From the NCBI GenBank assembly GCA_963674945.2, contig CAXXWQ010000003.1, positions 1,536,001 through 1,600,000 on the forward strand: a DNA stretch of 64,000 bases, read 5' to 3'. Shown here piece by piece: positions 38,179 through 48,931 of this stretch. Within the stretch, counting starts at the first letter, position 1; every line of letters begins with the position of its first letter. A program made the position numbers and the translations under genes. The notes under the pieces are model-generated. The model was not told where the DNA came from. It saw nothing but the letters and a program-made list of their open reading frames with translations, and did no database searches. Source of the DNA: an uncultured Desulfosarcina sp. Its GTDB lineage: Bacteria > Desulfobacterota > Desulfobacteria > Desulfobacterales > Desulfosarcinaceae.

Positions 38179-40140
38179 ATGAATCAATCAAAAATCCTCT
38201 GGCAGCCCAGAAAAGAAGATATTGAGAATTCGAACATGGTCCGATTCATGAAAGAAGTGAATACCCGGTACAACCTCTCTCTTTCCAGCTATCAGGAATT
38301 GTGGCAATGGTCCGTCGACAATATCCCCGAATTCTGGAGATTGTTCTGGGAGTTTGCCCACATCATTCACAGCAAACCCTATGGCCAGGTGGTGGATGAC
38401 CCGGCCAGGATGCCGGGGGCCAACTGGTTTGCCGGTGCCGAGCTGAACTTTGCCGAAAACATGCTGCGGTACAGCGATGACCAGAACGCCCTGATCTTCC
38501 AGGGGGAAGGCCAACCTCTCAAGTCTTATACCTACGGCGAACTCTACGATGAGGTCAGCCGCATGGTGCAGGCACTGAAAGCGGTCGGAGTGACCAAAGG
38601 CGACCGGGTGGCCGGCTTCATGCCCAACATGCCGCAAACCATCATCGCCTTGCTGGCGGCTGTGAGTGTAGGGGCCATCTGGTCCTCCTCTTCACCGGAT
38701 TTCGGTATCAAAGGTGTGCTGGATCGCTTCGGGCAGATCGAACCGAAAGTACTCATTACTGCCGACGGCTATTTTTACAACGGAAAATCCTTCGACAGCC
38801 TGGAGAAGGTTGGTGGTATCCTGAAACAACTGCCCATGGTGGAAAAGGTGGTGGTGGTCGATTATATCTCTACCGGTGCGAATCTGGCAAAGGTGCGCAA
38901 TGCCGTCTCCTGGGAAGACTTCCTGGCGCCCTGTTCACCTGAAAAGATCGACTTCCTGCAAGTCCCGGCCGGACACCCCCTATACGTCATGTACAGTTCC
39001 GGCACCACGGGCAAGCCCAAGTGCATGGTGCAGAGCCATGCCGGCATTCTCATGAACCAGCTCAAAGAGCACCTCTTGCACTGCAACCTTATGCGGGAGG
39101 ATGTGCTGTTTTACTTCACCACCTGCGGATGGATGATGTGGAACTGGCTGGTCTGCGGATTGGGTGCGGGCGCTACCCTGGTGCTGTTCGACGGATCGCC
39201 CTTCTACCCCGGCCCGGAAGTGTTGTGGAAGATGGCCGAACAATTGGGCATCACCATTTTCGGTACCAGTGCCAAGTATATCTCGGCATTGTCCGACGCC
39301 GGATACAAGCCGGGCAAGGAGTGCAACCTGGAAAAGCTGCGGATGATCTGCTCCACCGGTTCTCCGTTGGCGGTGTCGAGCTTCGCGTATGCCTACCGGG
39401 AAATCAAAGCCGATATGCAATTGGCTTCCATCAGTGGCGGCACGGATCTCAACGGCTGTTTCGCACTGGGCAATCCCATGGTTCCCGTCCATGCGGGAGA
39501 ACTTCAGGGACCAGGATTGGGGCTCAACGTGCGCGCCTTCAACGATGCCGGAGAGGCGGTAGTGGATGAAACCGGGGAACTGGTCTGCACCGCGGCGTTT
39601 CCCAGCATGCCGGTCTATTTCTGGAATGACCCGGACGGTGAGCGATATAAAAATGCATACTTCACCAAATACCCGGGTGTGTGGACCCATGGCGACTTTA
39701 TCAGCATCAACAGTCAGACCGGGGGCATCACCATTTACGGCCGCAGTGACGCCACGCTCAATCCCGGGGGCGTGCGCATCGGCACCGCGGACATCTACAC
39801 CGCGCTGGAATCATTGGAATCGGTGACGGACAGTGTCGTGGTGGGACAAAAGTGGCAGGACGATGTGCGGGTCGTGCTTTTTGTCACCCTGGCCAAAGGC
39901 GTCCAACTGGATGAAGCCCTGGTGAAAGAGATCAAGACGATGATCCGGACCACCTGCAGTCCTCGCCACGTTCCGGCCAAGGTGATCCAGGTGCAGGAGA
40001 TCCCTTACACGATCAACATGAAAAAAGTTGAATTGGCCGTACGCAACGTGATCCATGGAAAGCCGGTAACCAATCGCGACGCCCTTGCCAATCCGGAGTG
40101 CCTTCACCAGTACGAAAATCTGGATCAATTGAAGGAGTAG
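38179..40140 (+). CDS. Acetoacetate-CoA ligase
   Basis: LNFAEN.L, SSPDFG..GVLDRFGQIEPK, YSSGTTGKPKC, FTTCGWMMWNWL, SISGGTD, GRSDATLNPGGVRIG. GGAGG RBS before ATG 38179. Confidence 0.94.
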   Translation: MNQSKILWQPRKEDIENSNMVRFMKEVNTRYNLSLSSYQELWQWSVDNIPEFWRLFWEFAHIIHSKPYGQVVDDPARMPGANWFAGAELNFAENMLRYSDDQNALIFQGEGQPLKSYTYGELYDEVSRMVQALKAVGVTKGDRVAGFMPNMPQTIIALLAAVSVGAIWSSSSPDFGIKGVLDRFGQIEPKVLITADGYFYNGKSFDSLEKVGGILKQLPMVEKVVVVDYISTGANLAKVRNAVSWEDFLAPCSPEKIDFLQVPAGHPLYVMYSSGTTGKPKCMVQSHAGILMNQLKEHLLHCNLMREDVLFYFTTCGWMMWNWLVCGLGAGATLVLFDGSPFYPGPEVLWKMAEQLGITIFGTSAKYISALSDAGYKPGKECNLEKLRMICSTGSPLAVSSFAYAYREIKADMQLASISGGTDLNGCFALGNPMVPVHAGELQGPGLGLNVRAFNDAGEAVVDETGELVCTAAFPSMPVYFWNDPDGERYKNAYFTKYPGVWTHGDFISINSQTGGITIYGRSDATLNPGGVRIGTADIYTALESLESVTDSVVVGQKWQDDVRVVLFVTLAKGVQLDEALVKEIKTMIRTTCSPRHVPAKVIQVQEIPYTINMKKVELAVRNVIHGKPVTNRDALANPECLHQYENLDQLKE

Positions 40141-40311
40141 AACTGGATTGTTCTGGTGGCAGTGCGGGTATAGTTTGGGATGCAGGGGCGTATTTATATT
40201 TCTTTCCTACTCCTTTAGACGCTGCCAAAACATTGTTCTGTACTACTGAAAAGGTCAGCTACAGCGAAATATAGGAGAAGTAAGCGAAAGATGTGATTGC
40301 AGGATGGACGA

Positions 40312-40349
40312 AAAAGGGACTCCATTATACGCCTGATGGAGTCCCTTTT
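40312..40349. terminator. Bidirectional intrinsic terminator
   Basis: AAAAGGGACTCCAT-N10-ATGGAGTCCCTTTT between the convergent ligase and csp genes. Confidence 0.85.
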
Positions 40350-40367
40350 GAATCAAAAGACGAAACG

Positions 40368-40568
40368 TTAGACGACTGTAACGTTCGCTGCGGCAGGCCC
40401 CTTGGGCCCCTGACCAATGTCAAAAGAGACCCGGTCACCTTCTTTGAGGGATTTGAATCCGGTTGCGTTGATTGCCGAATGATGAACGAAAACATCGGGT
40501 CCATCTTCCTGCTCGATAAAACCGAAACCTTTACTGTCATTAAACCACTTTACGATACCGCTTGCCAT
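40368..40568 (-). CDS. Cold-shock protein (CspA family)
   Basis: 66 aa: [34 protein letters not shown]. Confidence 0.97.
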   Translation of the reverse strand: MASGIVKWFNDSKGFGFIEQEDGPDVFVHHSAINATGFKSLKEGDRVSFDIGQGPKGPAAANVTVV

Positions 40569-40872
40569 ACTAATTTTCTCCTAAAAAAAATGAATAATTG
40601 TTTCAAACGTGAGGTACCAGATTTTCGAATAGGTAAATCCCCGGTATGAAACAGGGACCGCCAACACCGGCGATCCTTTATGATCGTTACACAATATAGC
40701 ATAATTCAGTAATAGCAAGTGAATAATTGCCTTTATGGAAAAACATTCATTTTTAGTAACCGTTTGTCCTTTCCACGACCGTAAAGCAATCGGCGCCCGG
40801 CGCCCCCGTAATCGTCCGGACGATCTGTAAACGCCTGTAGTGGAAAAGCCGGCACCGCGGTGGAAAAATCTT

Positions 40873-41790
40873 TCACTTCATCATCAGGAGGCTCAGTGCC
40901 ATTACAATCATGCCCCCAACGAGGCCGAAGAGGCTATCGTGACCTTTTCCATACGCCCTGCTGGTGGGTAATAACTCATCAAGACTGATGTAAACCATTA
41001 TCCCGGCGACACCGCCAAATAAAACGCCCATAAACTGGGTTGGGATAGCGTGCGTGTCGCCCCCGACAAACAGACGAAGCACAAGGTATGCGACACCGGC
41101 ACCGACGGGTTCGGCCAATCCACTGAGGAATGAATAGATAAAGGCCTTCTTTCGGTTACCGGTGGCATAGAAGATGGGCACCGACACACTGATACCTTCC
41201 GGGATATTGTGAAGTGCGATCGCAATGGCAATGGCGACACCCAAAGCAGGATCTTGCAAAGCAGCCAGAAATGTGGCCAGCCCTTCCGGAAAGTTGTGGA
41301 TACCGATTGCCAGCGCTGTAAACAGCCCCATTCGCAAAAGCTTTTTGTGCCGCTTTTCGTCCTCGTGTAATGTTGAAACCAGCATGCATTCATCCGCAGA
41401 CACACCGGAATAACTTTCCGGCACCGGGGCGCAGGGATCGTGCAGCGGCGCCGTTTCTGCCTCAGTAGGCGTTTCATGGGGGTTTTCGGCGGCCGGAACG
41501 AAATTGTCGATCAGACCAATCAAGAACATTCCACCGAAAAAGGAAGCCGCGTTGACCCAATGCCCCCAATAATCGCCATATTGCCCGGTTAATGATTCCA
41601 GTCCTTTGAAAAATATCTCAACAAACGAGACGTACAGCATCACCCCGGCAGAAAAACCGGTGGCCACCGACAGAAATCTGTAGTTTGTCCGCTTTGCGGT
41701 AAATGCAACGATACTTCCCACACCGGTTGCCATTCCGGCAAACAGGGTGAGCCCCAATGCCATCCAGACATCATTCATCTCATGCCCCAA
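40873..41790 (-). CDS. zupT: ZIP-family zinc transporter ZupT
   Basis: [54 protein letters not shown]. Confidence 0.92.
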   Translation of the reverse strand: MGHEMNDVWMALGLTLFAGMATGVGSIVAFTAKRTNYRFLSVATGFSAGVMLYVSFVEIFFKGLESLTGQYGDYWGHWVNAASFFGGMFLIGLIDNFVPAAENPHETPTEAETAPLHDPCAPVPESYSGVSADECMLVSTLHEDEKRHKKLLRMGLFTALAIGIHNFPEGLATFLAALQDPALGVAIAIAIALHNIPEGISVSVPIFYATGNRKKAFIYSFLSGLAEPVGAGVAYLVLRLFVGGDTHAIPTQFMGVLFGGVAGIMVYISLDELLPTSRAYGKGHDSLFGLVGGMIVMALSLLMMK

Positions 41791-42035
41791 TGATAGTTAA
41801 AATTTTGATAGTATTCTCTTACTGTACGCATTATTGTTGTTTCATAAATTCCCTGACCGTGTTCATAAAGGACTGCAAGGTTGGGGAAATCCGCTTGCCT
41901 TTATACCATATCAATATGCTGCCGGCGGAACATGTTGTCGTCTTTAAGCGCCGTTTGACCCTAACTCATTGCATATGCTATAAGATTTGGTCAATATCTT
42001 TGTAAAACCATATAAGTTCACTAGTCATATCCATA

Positions 42036-43169
42036 ATGCAGGAGTCGCCAATGGGCCGCAAAGACGACACCGTAACTTGCAATGTAAAGGACTTCCGCCT
42101 GAAAAAGGGATGGTCTCAGCAGGAACTGGCCGATGCGATCGATGTGAGACGGCAGGCGGTTTATGATATCGAATCAGGCCGCTACCTGCCCAACACGGGG
42201 ATTGCCCTGAAATTGGCGAAGGTGTTCCGTTGCCGGGTGGAAGATCTCTTCGTCGATCAATCGCCGCCGGAAATGGCGCCTGTGCATGTGGTGAATGGTG
42301 AAGGCGAACCATCAACGCGCCTGGCCCTGGGCCGTGTACGCGATCGGTTGGTCGGTCTGCCGCTGCAAGGATCGGAATCGGTTCCCTTTGGCCTGCGGTC
42401 GGCGGACGGTCTGCTCAACCCGGACAAGAAGAGCGCGTTCATCCTGTCTCCTTTCGACCGCGTGGAAAAAACGATTATCCTCATGGGGTGTGATCCGGCC
42501 TTTGAGATCCTTGGTCAGCACGTTACCCGATTGGTGCCGGAAGCACGGGTCCACTGCCGTTTCGCCTCCAGTCATCGGGCGTTGAACGGCCTGGCCGAGG
42601 GAATCACCCACGTGGCCGGCACCCATCTGCACAACACCGGTAAGACCGAGTCCAATGTGATTGTGGCCCGTCAGAAACTGGCCGGTGTGAACTGCAGCAT
42701 ATTGGGCTTTTCACTCCTGGAGGAGGGCCTGATGGTGGCCAGTGGAAATCCCCTGGGCATTCGCACTGTTGCCGATCTGGCCCAACCCATGGTGCGGTTT
42801 GTCAACCGGGAGCCGGGGGCCGCACTGCGTGTGCTTCTCGACGACCGGTTGAAGAGCGACGGCATAGACGGCGACGCCATCAACGGTTATCAAAACGAAG
42901 TTAAAACCCATCGCGAAGGTGCCTACCGCATCGCCTGCAATGTGGCCGATGCCGCCCTGGGGCTAAGGGCCATTGCCGAAGTGTTCAACCTGGGATTTGT
43001 CCCCATCACCGCCGCCCGCTGTGATCTGGTGATTCCCAATGACCTGACCGGTCACCCGACGGTGAAAGTCCTGCTGGATGTCCTGCAATCCGCGCCTCTG
43101 CGACGGGAGATCGATGCACTTCCCGGTTACGAGAGTTCCGTCACCGGCAATTCCATTGCTAAATTGTAA
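42036..43169 (+). CDS. XRE-type HTH regulator fused to a molybdate-binding-like (PBP_like) domain
   Basis: WSQQELADAIDVRRQAVYDIESGRYLP HTH; GCDPA, HVAGTHL, GNPLGI...DL, FVNREPGA..R.LLD, I.GY, ADAALG as in MoeA-associated PBP domains. Confidence 0.85.
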   Translation: MQESPMGRKDDTVTCNVKDFRLKKGWSQQELADAIDVRRQAVYDIESGRYLPNTGIALKLAKVFRCRVEDLFVDQSPPEMAPVHVVNGEGEPSTRLALGRVRDRLVGLPLQGSESVPFGLRSADGLLNPDKKSAFILSPFDRVEKTIILMGCDPAFEILGQHVTRLVPEARVHCRFASSHRALNGLAEGITHVAGTHLHNTGKTESNVIVARQKLAGVNCSILGFSLLEEGLMVASGNPLGIRTVADLAQPMVRFVNREPGAALRVLLDDRLKSDGIDGDAINGYQNEVKTHREGAYRIACNVADAALGLRAIAEVFNLGFVPITAARCDLVIPNDLTGHPTVKVLLDVLQSAPLRREIDALPGYESSVTGNSIAKL

Positions 43170-43330
43170 TTCTGGCGGCAGGAAGAAAGACCGCGATTGC
43201 CCCCTGCAAAAAAAGGGCTTCCCGGCCTACGCCCCATCCTTTTGCGGAATGCACGGTTCCGATGGCTTCATTATCAATTTCCGGATCTTCCGCGAAATCC
43301 GCCGCCGTTGGATCATTGAGCCCGCCCTGA

Positions 43331-44155
43331 TCAAAGCCGGTCCACGCCATCCGTGTTCCACCAGATCACCGCCCAGCGCACAACCTTTGCGTAAGGCAGC
43401 TTCCACTGGCCGTTTTCCCGTACCAATGTGCGCGAGAGGTACTTTCGCAGCCGGTCTTCTTCATCCCGCGTCATCCCCTGCAGCATCCAGCGCATGGCGT
43501 TCAGGGCATCCTCCACATCCTGATAGGTTTTTTGCATGGTGTTGCAGATAAAGGTCAGATCGGCAAAAATCCCCATTTGCCGCAGCAGGTTGACCAGCAC
43601 GATGTAATCGGCGCCGGGGCTGAATTCCCGGCCGGCGGCCTCGAAGATCCTGCGGTCATGGGGGCCATCTCCCACCATGGCCGACAACACGACCCGATGG
43701 GATGCATGGCGCTGGATCTTGATAATGGCGCCTTGCAGATCATCGACGATCAGGGAACGGGAGGCGATGGCAACGTCATGCACACCGATTCCAAGGGTAT
43801 CCCAGTCATCTTCCCACCGACCGTCGACAATCCGTATATTATCGATCCCTTCCTGCTTGCAGCGCGTTTGGAGCAGCTCGCGCATCCGAGCAGAGGGGTC
43901 CATGGCGGTCACACGCTTGACCCGTGGCGCCATGGGAATCGCCAGCGTACCGGCCGCACTGCCGATGTCCAGAACGCGCCACGCCGGACGGGGCTTTACG
44001 ATGCTCATGAACTGACTGGCGTAATTTCCGGTTTGGGCATGCCGGGAAAACTCCGGCGCGCGTCTGTCCCAGAACCCGGGATCACGTGCCGACTTGAATC
44101 GTCGATCATGCCCTTCTCGCCATAAGGCGTTCCAGTCGATATTCGGTAAATTCAT
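43331..44155 (-). CDS. Class I SAM-dependent methyltransferase
   Basis: FWDRRA..F, VLDIGSAAGTLA, VTAMDPS..M, DVAIASRS. Confidence 0.88.
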   Translation of the reverse strand: MNLPNIDWNALWREGHDRRFKSARDPGFWDRRAPEFSRHAQTGNYASQFMSIVKPRPAWRVLDIGSAAGTLAIPMAPRVKRVTAMDPSARMRELLQTRCKQEGIDNIRIVDGRWEDDWDTLGIGVHDVAIASRSLIVDDLQGAIIKIQRHASHRVVLSAMVGDGPHDRRIFEAAGREFSPGADYIVLVNLLRQMGIFADLTFICNTMQKTYQDVEDALNAMRWMLQGMTRDEEDRLRKYLSRTLVRENGQWKLPYAKVVRWAVIWWNTDGVDRL

Positions 44156-44394
44156 AGACCACTCATGATACAAAGATATACAGAAGGATAGATTCTTTTA
44201 ACGTCAAATGTATTTTTTTGAATTATTAAAATTCGATTTGAAAGTCAATGGGCAAGCCTACCAAAACAACAATAACGCTTATTTTTATTGAGATTTGGAT
44301 TATTCCTTGATTCTTGCACACAAAAAAGATAAGTGTGTTTATCACGACGTATCATACTTTTAATTTACAAAACTTTCTTCAGGACATGTGCCCC

Positions 44395-45162
44395 ATGAAA
44401 AACCTTGCGGTTGAAAACCTGAGTTTTGACTACCATACCCGTCCGGCGCTCCGCCATATCGATTTTTCCGTTACACCCGGTACCATCTGCGGCCTGCTCG
44501 GCCCGAACGGTTCGGGCAAAAGCACATTGTTCAAGTGCATTAACGGCTTATTACGCCCCAAACAGGGCCGAGTGATGATTGGCGGAAAATGCGTCGGACA
44601 GTTGTCCCGCGGCACCATCGCCGGGATCATGGCGGTGGTGCCCCAGCAGACCACTGTGGCATTCGCTTTCTCGGCCCTTCAGATGGTTCTCATGGGGAGG
44701 GCGTCTCGGATAGGTACGATGGGCCGTCCGTCGAAAAATGATGCCCTCAATGCTGCATCCGTGTTGGCCGATCTGGGGATCGCACACCTGAAGAATCGGC
44801 CCTTCAACGCCCTTTCCGGCGGCGAACGACAGATCGTACTGATAGCCCGTGCCCTTTTTCAGTCTCCGTCGATACTGCTTCTGGATGAACCCACGGCCCA
44901 CCTCGATTTTAAGAACCAGTACCATATCATGGACATGGTCCAGGACTTGACCCGTAGACACCATCTCACGACCCTGGTCACCCTCCATGATCCAAACCTG
45001 GCGGGACAGTATTGCCGACAACTGGTCATGTTGAAGCAAGGACGGATACAGCGCAAGGGGAGCACCGCGGATGTGTTCAAAGAATCGGCCATCGAGGCCC
45101 TGTACGACATGAAGGTCTTTATCCAGAATGGCCGTCGCGGACGAGTGTTTGTCATGCCGTGA
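44395..45162 (+). CDS. ABC transporter ATP-binding protein (FecE/BtuD type)
   Basis: GPNGSGKST, LSGGERQ, LLLDEPTAHLD, LHDPN. Confidence 0.93.
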   Translation: MKNLAVENLSFDYHTRPALRHIDFSVTPGTICGLLGPNGSGKSTLFKCINGLLRPKQGRVMIGGKCVGQLSRGTIAGIMAVVPQQTTVAFAFSALQMVLMGRASRIGTMGRPSKNDALNAASVLADLGIAHLKNRPFNALSGGERQIVLIARALFQSPSILLLDEPTAHLDFKNQYHIMDMVQDLTRRHHLTTLVTLHDPNLAGQYCRQLVMLKQGRIQRKGSTADVFKESAIEALYDMKVFIQNGRRGRVFVMP

Positions 45163-45225
45163 TTTCTCTCTTCTCTTCTCGATTCACAAAAAGGGAATGA
45201 AACGCAACCAGAACCAGAGCGAACC

Positions 45226-46242
45226 ATGACCAGAACCAGAATAACCTTCAGCTTGGCGGTTGTTGCCCTGCTCTCCACCATTCTCACCGCTGTGGCGGTG
45301 GGGAAGTACCCGATCGGTCTGACCACCGTCGGACGGCTGATCATCGATCTGTTTGCTGCACAGAAGATCGGTGTCCATCTGGACACACCGGCGCTGGTGC
45401 TCTGGACGGTCCGTATGCCGCGTATCCTCATGGCGATTCTGACGGGTGCAGCGCTGGCCGTCGCAGGCGTGGTGTTTCAGTCCCTGTTTAAAAATCCACT
45501 GGTCTCTCCCTCCATCCTGGGGGTCACCTCCGGCGCCAATTTCGGTGCCGCGCTGGCCCTGTTATGGCTTGGCGGCGACGCCACCATGCTACAAGGATCG
45601 GCCTTTGTCTGGGGCTTGATCGCGGTGGGACTGGCCTATCAGATTGGCAAACGCGGCGACAATTCAATCACCACCCTGGTGCTGGCCGGAGTGATTGTCT
45701 CCGCGCTGTTCATGGCCGGTCTTTCCTACATCAAATGCAAGGCGGATCCGCTGGGCCAGCTCCCGGCGATTGTTTTCTGGACCATGGGAAGTTTCACCAG
45801 CGTGATCTGGAAAGATGCCGCCTGGGGCGCGGGGTTGATCCTTCCCGGACTGTTCCTGAGCTATTTTCTGCGGTGGGGCCTGAATCCGATGGCGCTGGGT
45901 GAGGAAGAGGCCCTGTCCCTTGGAATTGACGTCCCCGTGAGGCGGGCGATTCATATTCTCATCGCAACATTGATGGTGGCAGCCGCCACGGCCTCGTGCG
46001 GCAGTATCGGCTGGGTGGGGCTGGTCATTCCGCACATGGCCCGGCTGATCATCGGCGCCGACCACGATGTGCTGGTTCCTTTCGCCGCCCTTTTGGGCGG
46101 GCTCTTCATGCTGTGCATGGATACCCTGGCCAGAATCCTGCCGGGTGGAGAAATCCCTGTGGGTATTCTCACCGCCATCGTCGGCGCGCCGTGTTTCGGA
46201 TATCTGCTGCTGCGCAACCGGCGCAACCCATGGGAGGAGTAA
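45226..46242 (+). CDS. ABC transporter permease (FecCD/BtuC type)
   Basis: RMPRIL, FQSLFKNPLVSP.ILGV..GA, IGWVGLVIPH.AR, EIPVGILTA..GAP. Confidence 0.93.
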   Translation: MTRTRITFSLAVVALLSTILTAVAVGKYPIGLTTVGRLIIDLFAAQKIGVHLDTPALVLWTVRMPRILMAILTGAALAVAGVVFQSLFKNPLVSPSILGVTSGANFGAALALLWLGGDATMLQGSAFVWGLIAVGLAYQIGKRGDNSITTLVLAGVIVSALFMAGLSYIKCKADPLGQLPAIVFWTMGSFTSVIWKDAAWGAGLILPGLFLSYFLRWGLNPMALGEEEALSLGIDVPVRRAIHILIATLMVAAATASCGSIGWVGLVIPHMARLIIGADHDVLVPFAALLGGLFMLCMDTLARILPGGEIPVGILTAIVGAPCFGYLLLRNRRNPWEE

Positions 46243-46275
46243 CGGTTTTCACAACGACCGACAGGACGGATCTAA

Positions 46276-47394
46276 ATGGATGTAGCAACGGCCAACAGGC
46301 AAAACAAAAGCGGATGCATGCGTCTTTTCATATTTCTTTTCGTGTTGACGTTCACTGTCGATGCCGGTTTGCTCACCGCACCTTCATACGCCGCCGATGA
46401 AGTCGACAAGCCAGACACGCGCATGATCGTGGACCGAACGGGGAGAGAGGTTCGCATCCCCGCCTATCCCCAACACATCGCCTGCCTGTTCGGTCCCAGC
46501 TATGAGAAACTCCTTGCCCTGGGCGCCGCGGATCGGGTGGCCATCGTACCCAACCTGGCCCTGCCCTGGAATTACCAGTTGAACCCCGGCCTCAAGCAAA
46601 TACCGGTGATCGGCAATTACGCGGCCCCCAGCGTGGAACAACTCATGGCCCTGGGCATAGACCTGGTGATCTACCATCCCTATGCCAAACAGATCCAACG
46701 CTTGAGCGCATCCGGTCTTCCGGTGGTGGTGGCCTATGACGGGAGAAAGCGCCCCTTTACGCTCGAAGCGTTTATCGAGGACGGGTATGATCAGATTCGA
46801 TTTTACGGCGATGTGCTGGGAGGCCGGGCAGTACCTGCCGCCGACGCCTACCGCCGCTATGTGGATGAACACATCCGGCATGTACTGGCCGTCACGCGCA
46901 CCATCCCGGACGCCCAACGCCCCCGGGTGTTCTATATTTGCGGTCGGGTTCAAGGCATATCCAATACCCAGTCCCGATTTTCCACGGCCTTCTGGTTGGT
47001 TGAAGCCGCAGGCGGCAGGATGTTGACCCATGACGATGCGGCTTACTTTATCACGATCACCACAGAAGAGCTGATCGCCTGGGACCCGGAAGTCATCGTC
47101 GTAAGCACGGCCCCCTCCGCCGATATGATCACCAAGGATCCTCGCCTGCAGAACACCACCGCCGTGAAGACCAACAGGGTCGTTATGAGTCCGGAAGGTC
47201 AATTTTACTGGAGTCATTTCAGCAGCGAGTCGTTTCTGTGCATCCTGTTCCTGGCCAGACAATTCCATCCGGGCCGATTTGCGGCCATTGACCTGATGCA
47301 GGAGCTTAAATCTTACTATAACACCTTTTATCATTATCCGCTGTCGGATGACGAGGCCCGGCGCATACTGAATCACCTCCCGCCGGCGCCCTGA
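46276..47394 (+). CDS. ABC transporter substrate-binding protein (class III, Fe-siderophore/B12 type); start may be 46318
   Basis: Signal-like N-terminus; D.TGREV.IP..P.HI; EEL.AWDPEVI; TAVKTNRV; FHP..F..IDL......YY..FY. Confidence 0.88.
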   Translation: MDVATANRQNKSGCMRLFIFLFVLTFTVDAGLLTAPSYAADEVDKPDTRMIVDRTGREVRIPAYPQHIACLFGPSYEKLLALGAADRVAIVPNLALPWNYQLNPGLKQIPVIGNYAAPSVEQLMALGIDLVIYHPYAKQIQRLSASGLPVVVAYDGRKRPFTLEAFIEDGYDQIRFYGDVLGGRAVPAADAYRRYVDEHIRHVLAVTRTIPDAQRPRVFYICGRVQGISNTQSRFSTAFWLVEAAGGRMLTHDDAAYFITITTEELIAWDPEVIVVSTAPSADMITKDPRLQNTTAVKTNRVVMSPEGQFYWSHFSSESFLCILFLARQFHPGRFAAIDLMQELKSYYNTFYHYPLSDDEARRILNHLPPAP

Positions 47395-47426
47395 AACGTG
47401 CTGAAACCCAAAAAGGGAAACACCAA

Positions 47427-47931
47427 ATGAGATGCACGATCTGCGAGAGAAAATGCGATATTAACGACGGCGGTATCGGCGGATGCGGAATGATGACCTG
47501 CATCGACAACGAAATTCAGGAACGCTACCCGGACCGATACCTGGTGGCCGTGGACACGGCCATCGAGTCCATGCCCATGGTCCACTTCCACCCCCGGGGC
47601 AAGTTTCTCCAGGTGTGCACGGTGGGCTGCAATTTCAATTGCAGAGGGTGCGTATCGGATATTCCATCTGTATCCTTATCGATCCACGACCAATCCCGAT
47701 TGGATTCTGGGACTCATGGGCCTTGCCAACATCATTCATCCAGAGATTTTTGCCTTCGACCTGAAACAGGAGGCGGAAGAATTCTACCAACAATTCTACA
47801 ACATGCCATTGGAAGAAGGACACCGACACGCGGCTGCAGCACGGCCGAAAACCGCAGGCCGAACGAATCAGCAACATAGGAGCCCATCTCATGCAAAAAA
47901 ACTGGACCAAAACCGCCAATCCGACATTTGA
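47427..47931 (+). pseudogene. Radical SAM protein gene collapsed by a large frameshifting deletion; SBP-like C-terminal tail retained
   Basis: N-part MRCTICERKC...IESMP..HF.P...TVGCNFNCRGC (CxxxCxxC) breaks at about 47662. The +1 frame then reads FHLYPYRSTTNPDWILGLMGLANIIHPEIFAFDLKQEAEEFYQQFY, resembling the C-terminus of the adjacent SBP. Confidence 0.75.
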
Positions 47932-48550
47932 TCGCAATGCGGCATTGCGCATGAATGAAATCGCCAGGACGGTCTTTGCACCGATCTATCCGGTCATTGC
48001 GCAAAACGCCATCGCCGCCACAGGCATCCGGCAGGGCATATGCCTGGATCTTGGCAGCGGGTCGGCCATGCTGGCCATGGCCGTGGCCCATCATGCACCG
48101 CAAATGCAGGTGATCTCCTTCGATGCCTCACCTTATTCCACACAAATCGCCATGGACAACATTGCCGCGGCCGAGCTGAAAGATCGGGTCCGGTGTGAAA
48201 CCGGGGATGTGCATGCGCTGCCGTTCTCCGACGGCGACGTCAGCCTGATTATCAGCCGGGGTTCCATGTTTTTCTGGGATGATCTGGAAAGTGCCTTTCG
48301 CGAGATCTACCGTGTCCTGACCCATGGTGGCGCCACCTACATCGGCGGCGGGTTTGGCAATGCGACGCTGAAAAAGCAGGTGATTGCCGAAATGCTGAGA
48401 CGGGATCCCACATGGGATTGCTATGCCCGCAAGAAGACCGGTAAAGACGGCTTAAATCGTTTCAAAAAAATGTTCCAGAACATCGGCTGCCAAACCCATC
48501 GAATCATCGATGACGAGACCGGATTCTGGATTGTGATGTCCAAATCGTAA
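47891..48550 (+). CDS. Class I SAM-dependent methyltransferase
   Basis: FAPIYP.IA, CLDLGSGSA, GDVHALPF, SRGSMFFW, EIYRVL..GG.TYIGGGFG. Confidence 0.9.
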   Translation: MQKNWTKTANPTFDRNAALRMNEIARTVFAPIYPVIAQNAIAATGIRQGICLDLGSGSAMLAMAVAHHAPQMQVISFDASPYSTQIAMDNIAAAELKDRVRCETGDVHALPFSDGDVSLIISRGSMFFWDDLESAFREIYRVLTHGGATYIGGGFGNATLKKQVIAEMLRRDPTWDCYARKKTGKDGLNRFKKMFQNIGCQTHRIIDDETGFWIVMSKS

Positions 48551-48813
48551 AAGCCGTCCCACGCCATCGGCCTTTTTGCCTGGCGGATAGACCGCAAGCC
48601 CTCTTCTCACAACGGGAAGAGGACTTGCGCGAGGTGGGGAAAGATGGCTTTACGCCGCCTGTTTTCCTTCCGTAATCCGTATTTCTTGTTCTTCGCCAGC
48701 CTCTTCGCCACCATCACGACCATTTTTCCGATCGTCCGCAACCTTTAAGGACAACTCCCATTTAAGACGTTTATAAATTACATTTGACTTTTTTAAAATT
48801 ATTAATATATAGG

Positions 48814-48833
48814 TGACATATGTTTATATGTCA
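48814..48833. promoter_or_regulatory. Palindromic operator upstream of the TonB-dependent receptor
   Basis: TGACATAT-GTTT-ATATGTCA, just downstream of a TTGACT -35-like hexamer (48784-48789) in an AT-rich region. Confidence 0.6.
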
Positions 48834-48931
48834 TTATTAAACGTAAAATAACGGCATCACAAGCATTGCCATAATGGTTTATGTTGCGTGTTATATTCTT
48901 TTAAACATTTATAAATTAAGAAACGGAGAGG

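Noticed and set aside
48551..48931. Cobalamin or Moco riboswitch upstream of the TonB receptor
   Set aside because: I could not find the B12-box or other consensus elements by eye; an Infernal search is needed to exclude it formally.
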